DNA of 57,739 bases, filler included, from Sphacelaria rigidula (taxonomy: Eukaryota), in NCBI GenBank assembly GCA_964200075.2. It is 9 parts of 9 records of this genome, joined end to end, with 100 filler letters (N's around TTAATTAATTAA, not from the genome) between each part and the next. Parts side by side here need not be neighbours in the genome. Positions count along the whole stretch, not along the records: positions 51,414 to 57,739 come from CAXNAA020020765.1; 8 more parts are not named here. One strand, written 5' to 3'. Made by a program: the position numbers and the translations under genes. Positions 51,414-57,739 of the stretch are shown piece by piece (within the stretch, counting starts at the first letter, position 1; each line of letters opens with the position of its first letter). The notes beneath the pieces are model-generated. The model was given only the letters and a program-made list of their open reading frames with translations. It was not told the origin of the DNA and did no database searches.

Positions 51414-52559
51414 GACCCAATCCGCGAGACCAATATGAAAGGAACGTACCGGGGAAGAGATGGGTTGATCCCTTGAGACTACAGACTCGTCAAGAGGAAG
51501 GGAAGGGGTTCAAAGTGTGAGGAATAACAAAGAAAAAAAAAGAAGAAAAAAAAAGAAAAAAGTACTATCTGATTTCCGTCTTTGACGGCGTCAGGACACA
51601 CGTGAGAACAACAAGATGTAAGATATTTTTTGGCTGAGTTTGTTTCACGACAGTCAACGCGGTGCGGGAGTGTTGGTCATGATCCAATCCGCGAGACAAA
51701 ATACTTTATTCCCTAAAACGACCGCGCCGAAGTCATTATCCGCAAGATCGGTGTACCTTAGGTGAACAAAACGGAAACGCTCGCCGATTAAAAAAATAAA
51801 AAAGTGGGAAAAAAAACAAGAAAAGACAGAAAAAAAGAGTGAATAGAAATACCAAACTAGGAACATAAAACCAAACCGACCACAAGAAAAAAGGGAAAGA
51901 AAGAAAACAGGAGAAGAGCCAGGAAAATAAAAATAAAAAAGGTCCGCACGCGAAAACAACGTACACTACAACCTGGATAATATATTCATAGTCAAAAAGT
52001 GTACTGCGTACAGTATTGACTATTGCTTCTAATGCGATACACAATAGATTCCATACTGTTACGCAATACATTTTTTTGACGAAGCCATCTATTGTCCAGG
52101 GTGTGCCGCACATAAACCTATACGCAATAAGCAAGACAAAAAGGCCATGGGAGCGAATTTGCGGCTCAGCTACTCCGGACCATACTCTCACACCCGTGCG
52201 CCCCATGGAAGCAAAGCACCAAAATTGCTCCTACATCAAGACCGAGAGGAAATAAACGGCGAGATAAGCGAGAGAGAAAGAGAGAGAGAGAGAGAGAGAT
52301 GGAGGGAAAAAAAAATGGGAACAGAGATAACGGGGGTTACGGAAGCAACACACCCCAGGGAGAAAGTACAACATGTACGCGGGGGCACAACCAGGGACAG
52401 CACAAGCCCGAAAGTCAACAAAAAAGTCAACAAACGATGAGCGAAGACAGCGGCACATCAGCGTCCATGTCCGACCCCTCTGTCCTCCCTCAACCCTAAT
52501 CGGGTGCGAAAGCGGACCACTCTCTCGACCATCTCCATCCTGGATTCCTCGCAAACCGT

Positions 52560-54050
52560 TGCTGTTGTGGTGTCAGCGGTGCCGGCTCTCCGATTAGCGA
52601 CTCTCGACGCAGCGACCTCTCGTTGATGGCGAGGTCCCGATTGGAATTTCTTCTCCCGTCGACACGTGTCATCGAGTTCTTCCTCCCGTCTTCGAATCCA
52701 ACGCATCATTTGCCCCATGTTCTTCGCCGCGGTAACGCAATCGGGTGGCGTCTTTGGCCTCCACATCGTGCACGAACCATTTCGGCCGTGCTCCCTTGTG
52801 TAAAAGAGCCAAAAGTGCACGCAAGGTTCTCCTGAAGGCGGTCTACCCAGTGTTTGGGGGGACTTGCCAGCCTCCTTAGATCCTTGTGCGGCTTACCGGC
52901 CGAACACGATGCGCTGTGGAACACGCGCTTCGTCCTATTTGACAAGGGCCCCCGCGAACCAGAGTTGGCGCTTGCGGACGGTCGTCTCAAGTTGGTCATC
53001 TTCAGCAAATCTCTGCACGGAAGAGTCCTACATAGCCCAATCGCTGCTTTCTTGCGGAATCCAACCACTCGCTGCAAAAGCTTGTGGCGGGTAGCGCTCA
53101 GACCGCCGAAGTCCTCGCAACGCAGCGTCCATGTAAGCACATCCGTACAGCATAGCTTCCACCACCTCCGCTTTCAACAGCCGGGTTTCCAGAGGTGAAG
53201 ATGGGTATAACATCGATCGTCCACTCGGAAACTATGCTTTGAGACGTGCCACGTAGTGCTGATGCGGCGGTTGACTGCGGAGAAAAAAATCGCATCCACG
53301 CTGACAGCACCAAGGCAGAAAAATCCACCCGTCTGCCAATACCGTTGGCCTTCGACCTTGACGCGCATTGCATTCTCTGCGGAGCTGGGTACTGACCACA
53401 GGCGCATAGACTTCATCATGCTCTCCGATACCATCAATCCGAACATCAGACAGACCACCCCTACCACCGCCATCATTCTAGCAAGCCCGTCTGGGGACCT
53501 GGAGACCATGCCGGCATCATTCCACATGCAGCATTTTCCACATAGCGCGCCGCACCTCCTCTAGCAGCGTCTCTTCCAGGGAGTCAACATCTTCACCTTT
53601 TGGCGCACTTCGAGATGTATCGCGTCTGAGACGATGGCTGGGTTCGCCGCGAACCGTCGTAGGATCACCTCGACCGAGGCTGCGCCGAACATCTTGAACA
53701 ACAGAGGGGACGAAGCGTATCTTTTTTCCAGTCGTTGGCAAACGCGGAAGGGACCACGCCGATAACTCGTCATCATCCAGCTGTACCCGAGCTCGCATGC
53801 CATCGTGGAACACAAGGATGAAAATGATCATCCGCGGCGGAAATGCACCCCGGGCAAGCACTTCCCCACTTGAGCGTGCGGTCTACGGACTCGTAGGCCT
53901 TCTGCAGAGTGACAGAACGTACGGCCAGTGGGACATTGCTCGCCCGTCCCAACTTCTGTTGTCGCCGTACCCCGAACACCATGCCGGTGATCTATCGTCG
54001 ACGCCGGAATCCGCACCGTCCTTCCGGAAAGATCACAATAATGCCTCCTT
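52560..54050 (-). mobile_element. Old 5'-truncated RTE-clade LINE (RT region), heavily degenerate
   Basis: Minus-strand fragments MVFGVRRQQKLG, LQKAYESVDR, SPLLF, DAGMVSRSPDGLARMM, RLLKAEVVEAMLYGC and KHWVDRLQENL are colinear with the RTE at 9400-10600. Confidence 0.85.
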
Positions 54051-55028
54051 GAAGAAAAAACAAAGCATATTCATTAGCTACGATTTGAACAGAACCTCAC
54101 CAGCATGTGCCACGAGGTAGATGCACCTGTCCTTACCCCACACTCGGTCCTGCGTTTTTTTTTTCTGTGTAGCACTTTGACAGGGGTGATAGCGGCGTAT
54201 TTTCACTCCTATGGTACCTTGCCAGATATCCAAACAGCAGCGGCGATGCTATGGAAGTCGTACAGTTGGTGGCCCGATATAGTGAGGGTGTGGGTTGGGC
54301 GGCATAATCGTCGCTATATCGGGCACGTCGCTATACCAGAATAGCGACGACTTAGTCGTTATCAGTAACTAAATGACAACCTCGCTATTATGGGCGCATG
54401 CGCCCGATACGCAGAGAAGCAGCAGGTATTCATTCACCCACAATTTTGGTAAGAGGGTACTGGTATGCCCCCTGTATTGCTTCCGGACACAAGTGGAGTA
54501 GTACTGGATGACGTTATTTCATCTGTGCTAGCACTTGTTACAAAAAACGTGTACAGCAGTACAGTTCTGTGCCATAAACGCATGCATGCTTGGTCAGCCA
54601 TTGCAACGGATCATTTTTTCAATCACTGTAGTAGCAGTACTGCTGTACTGTACGTTGCTGTTGCACAAATCGTACAACAACCAAGCGTCACGTCGACACC
54701 GTTTGTTTTTGTTACTGTGGTGCTACATATCTCGTGAAGGCATCATTAACCGTACCGATCTCCTTTCAGTGAGCAGAAGTCAAACACGAAAATATGGAGT
54801 CCGATTTAACGACGAAGACACGGCCCACAAAAAAAAAAAAAGCCAGAAAACAAACCTGTCCACGAGCAGGAATTTCTTAGAAAAAAACAAAGAAGAAAAT
54901 AAACTCGCACACGCGCTGGAATTTCCAAGACAAATCAGTTTTAAGCAAACGATCTGACGTCTGGCTGCTTCCCTGGTTTGGCGGTGTGCGCGGTAAGGAA
55001 CCCCATCTTCGCCTTGCGAAGATGAAGC

Positions 55029-56470
55029 TTAGGCTCGTCCAACCCACACGACTCTGCACACTCCTCTAGCGGGCCAAAAGACATCGACAGTTCTTTCAGA
55101 ACACTGGGGTGGCTTCATCATCTCCCCAGCCTCCGTGCTATCGACACAATTCGTGTGGTCTTCCTCTTGGTCTGACAGACATTCGTCCTCAATACGGTCG
55201 TTGGCCACTCTCTCGAAGAAAATGTCCCTTGCGTCTGGGGCTTGAGCGTCCGCAATCTCCTCCTGCTCTTCCAGCTCTGCCCAAGCCTGAGCAGCCGCGA
55301 CGGCGATAGAGTCGGCATGCTCGCCCGGGGTGATTTTAAGGTCGGTCGAGACATCGCTCAACTCTGCGTCTTGTACGCCCCCCCTCTGGGCCGCCGCCGC
55401 CTGCACACCAACGCTGAGAGCACTGATTGCTTCGGTCAGCCCCCGCGACCCCCTCGTCCTCCGAACCGTTCGCCACGCCCTTGCCGTAGTCCCTCGCAAG
55501 CGTAGCCTCGTGCTCTGGGGGGAAGCGTCTGAGCTTTCACCCAGCACCTTTCGCACATCAAGTTGGCGGCGCCGGGGGGGGGGTGGGCAGATGAGAGGAG
55601 ACGGGTCAAACGGGCAGTGAAATGAACATGGTCGCCACCAGCAAAATTGTTGACACAGTGCAACCACCACACATGTATAGATCGAAGACCAAACACGCTG
55701 GATTGTTGCGTGGGAAGAAAACCTTCGACGCTAACGAACACGCAAATGTACTACAATATGTACCTCGCGATCGCAGTGGGGGTGACGTCACTCCACGCAG
55801 CTTGCAGAAGCTCGGTCGCGTCTAGCAAGTGGGCAGAGTGGCCCCATCTGCCAGCCCCATCGTGCCGGACGCCATCTTGCGCTCCTTTGCCTGAGCGCGC
55901 AGGGTGCTCATCTCGGACGTGGTCGCCGTCCGGATGTTCAGCAACCTCCTCCTGAAGTGGCGCTTGGTAGCCTCCCGTTTCTGCTCCTCATGGACGGCAG
56001 CGCGTCACCCGACACATGGGTCGACCCCAAGGACCAGATCCAGACAATGGCGTACCCGCCCCTCTGCACAAGCAAGCACCAACCTCAGGACATGGGGATC
56101 ATAGCGGCTACCAAGCGCCACTTCAGGAGGTTGCTGAACATCTGAGACGAGCACCCTGCGCGCGTAATCTCGCGTAACGGACTTCGTCCTCGATCCTCTG
56201 GAGAACTTCCAGCTTCTCTCTCGAAGTCAGCCGCTCGCGGGGTCCGGATGTAGCGACTTTATTTTTGGGCTGTTGAAGCCCTCCAACTTTCTGCGAGGCT
56301 TTACGCTTGGACAGGTTGGAGGTCCTCTCTTTCTCCTTCTGCCTCTTGGCGACGCACGGAATGCAGATGCGGTTCACTTCGTTGCCTTCGGGGTCTTCGG
56401 CCTCCCCACCAATGCCGTGCACCCGACCACCACACCCCGCGCGGCAAGGATGCCCGCTGTTTCCTGGCAT
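55029..56470 (-). pseudogene. pogo-family transposase remnant
   Basis: N-terminal RERLTSREKLEVLQRIED (CENP-B N-terminal HTH-like) and an acidic C-terminal part lie on the minus strand. The catalytic piece LLLMDGSAS...YPPLCTSKHQPQDMGIIAATKRHFR lies inverted on the plus strand (about 55975-56145). Confidence 0.8.
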
Positions 56471-56545
56471 GGGTGTAGGAATTCATACGACTCTCCATCC
56501 GCACATGTCCGTATGGTGATGATGAGTACGTAGTGCTGTAGTGCA

Positions 56546-56579
56546 GGCGGTGTAGGGGGTTCGAGTCCCTTTTCCGCTA
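56546..56579 (+). pseudogene. 3' half of a tRNA gene (isotype unknown)
   Basis: T-arm GGGGG-TTCGAGT-CCCTT, acceptor 3' strand TTCCGCT and discriminator A. The 5' half is absent. Confidence 0.6.
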
Positions 56580-56587
56580 TTTAATAA

Positions 56588-56672
56588 GCGATCTTTGGTG
56601 AAATTGGTAGACACGTCAGACTTGAAATCTGTTTCTTTTCAAGAACATCGGTTAAAAGTTCGATAAGTCGTA
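56588..56672 (+). tRNA. Degenerate organelle/bacterial-type class II tRNA: Leu-like body with anticodon reading TGA; probable pseudogene
   Basis: Acceptor GCGA(T)CTT/AAGTCGT, D arm GGTGAAATTGGTAGACAC, anticodon arm CAGA-CTTGAAA-TCTG, variable arm TTCTT/AAGAA, damaged T-loop. Confidence 0.7.
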
Positions 56673-56681
56673 TTACGAATC

Positions 56682-56756
56682 GGCATGTGCAACTCAGTCG
56701 GTTAGAGTGTCAAGTTGTGGTTCGGAAAAACGGGGGTTCAAGTCCCCTCATTCGCC
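56682..56756 (+). tRNA. trnH: Degenerate organelle/bacterial-type tRNA-His(GTG); probable pseudogene
   Basis: D arm ACTC-AGTCGGTTA-GAGT, anticodon GTG at 56717-56719, T arm GGGGG-TTCAAGT-CCCCT, and 3' end CATTCGCC with an encoded G-1/C73 pair. The acceptor and anticodon stems carry mismatches. Confidence 0.75.
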
Positions 56757-57739
56757 TGGGCTGCTGTAGTGCTAGCGTTTACAGCAGTGTGCACGTGTTC
56801 GTGGTGTGTTTGCAGAGAAGGGGTTCCGCAACATTTTCGCAATCATCGCTATCACGTACTGAAAAGCAGCCAAATCATCGCTATCGCGGCCGGTGCCCGA
56901 CATAACGATGAATAGCCGCTATATCGGGCCCGCGCCGTGCGAAGAGATTTCAGCGTCGTTACATCGGCCATTTCGTTATTCAGGCCCTCGCTATATCGGT
57001 CCACTTACTGTACATAAATCTTCGAGGGCTCCGCGACCAAGTCAAGCTTCAGAAGCTCAGCAGGTAGCCCACGCGGTTCCATCGCTTTCAAGTTTGGCAT
57101 GGTTCTGCAGGATCTCCTCAGCTTCAGCTGGGCTTAGCAGGGTCTCCAAGTGACGACGCTGCGGGTCGTTGCGCGATGCTAACTATGACAGCTCGGTCGA
57201 CAGTCACCGATACGCCATTCAATAAGGTTGAGCAGTACTGTTCCCGCATCTCACAGATTGGACCTCGTCCCGCAGTTCCGAGTTTTCTTTGGCATAACGA
57301 CCAGCGTACTCGCCTGACATTTTGGTCTCTCGCGGGGGAGGGTGCAGCCGGACCGCTAGCTCCAGCCCGCCGAATCTGACACTTACCCACGCATGTCTCC
57401 TCTCCATCACCGTGTTTTCCACGACAATGCCCTAACTTCGGGTAAAGCTCTGCAGCTACGGGGTTGAGCTCGGGTGTCACCCAGTACAGAGTATAACTCA
57501 GAAGACCCAGGGTTGAGCCTGGCGTTCCTACACTGTCGACGTGGCCTACTTACTGGCTAGTTTGGGTGCTGCATTACCGCTGACACAATGCACAGGCCAG
57601 TCTGTATGCTATGTCACTCTCTCCTACGTGTGTGATGTGCTTGCTCGTTAGGGTGACTTACCCCAACACAACCATCCCTAGTCGGATGGCAGGGGGGGGG
57701 GGGGGGGGGGGGGTCTTTGTGTGTTGGCTTTCGTCTTTG

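Larger units (their letters stand above)
54263..57010 (-). mobile_element. pogo/Tigger-like DNA transposon, 2748 bp, defective and internally rearranged
   Basis: 26-bp TIRs CAGTTGGTGGCCCGATATAGTGAGGG (54263-54288) and 56985-57010 match at 22/26, with TA on both flanks and subterminal cgctatatcgg repeats. Contains CENP-B-type HTH and DDE_1 fragments. Confidence 0.88.

Overview
Eukaryotic nuclear DNA, most likely a brown alga (Phaeophyceae; inferred from a stramenopile-type LHC gene with a bipartite plastid presequence, long introns and the repeat content). The window is not one locus. It is nine contigs of 6327 or 6326 bp, apparently size-sorted, joined by artificial 100-nt linkers (N44-TTAATTAATTAA-N44), so nothing can be inferred across linkers. 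The only complete host gene is a 4-exon LHCX/LI818 (LHCSR-like) light-harvesting gene (19950-23181, 223 aa); two orphan exons are probable. The rest is mostly decayed mobile DNA: RTE-clade LINEs and a bipartite derivative, tRNA-headed SINEs, several MITE and Tc1/mariner-type non-autonomous families, a pogo-like transposon and probable Academ-like remnants. Best leads: (1) a 5'-truncated, organelle-style tRNA cluster flanked by an 11-bp direct repeat inside the pogo element; (2) Academ-like XPG/Cys-cluster and transposase remnants in a stramenopile; (3) an unclassified 55-80-bp element found eight times, mostly at contig breaks; (4) an LHCX lacking the usual R-x3-GW motif. Family assignments come from motif recognition by eye, not from database searches. 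Most entries in the ORF track are spurious.
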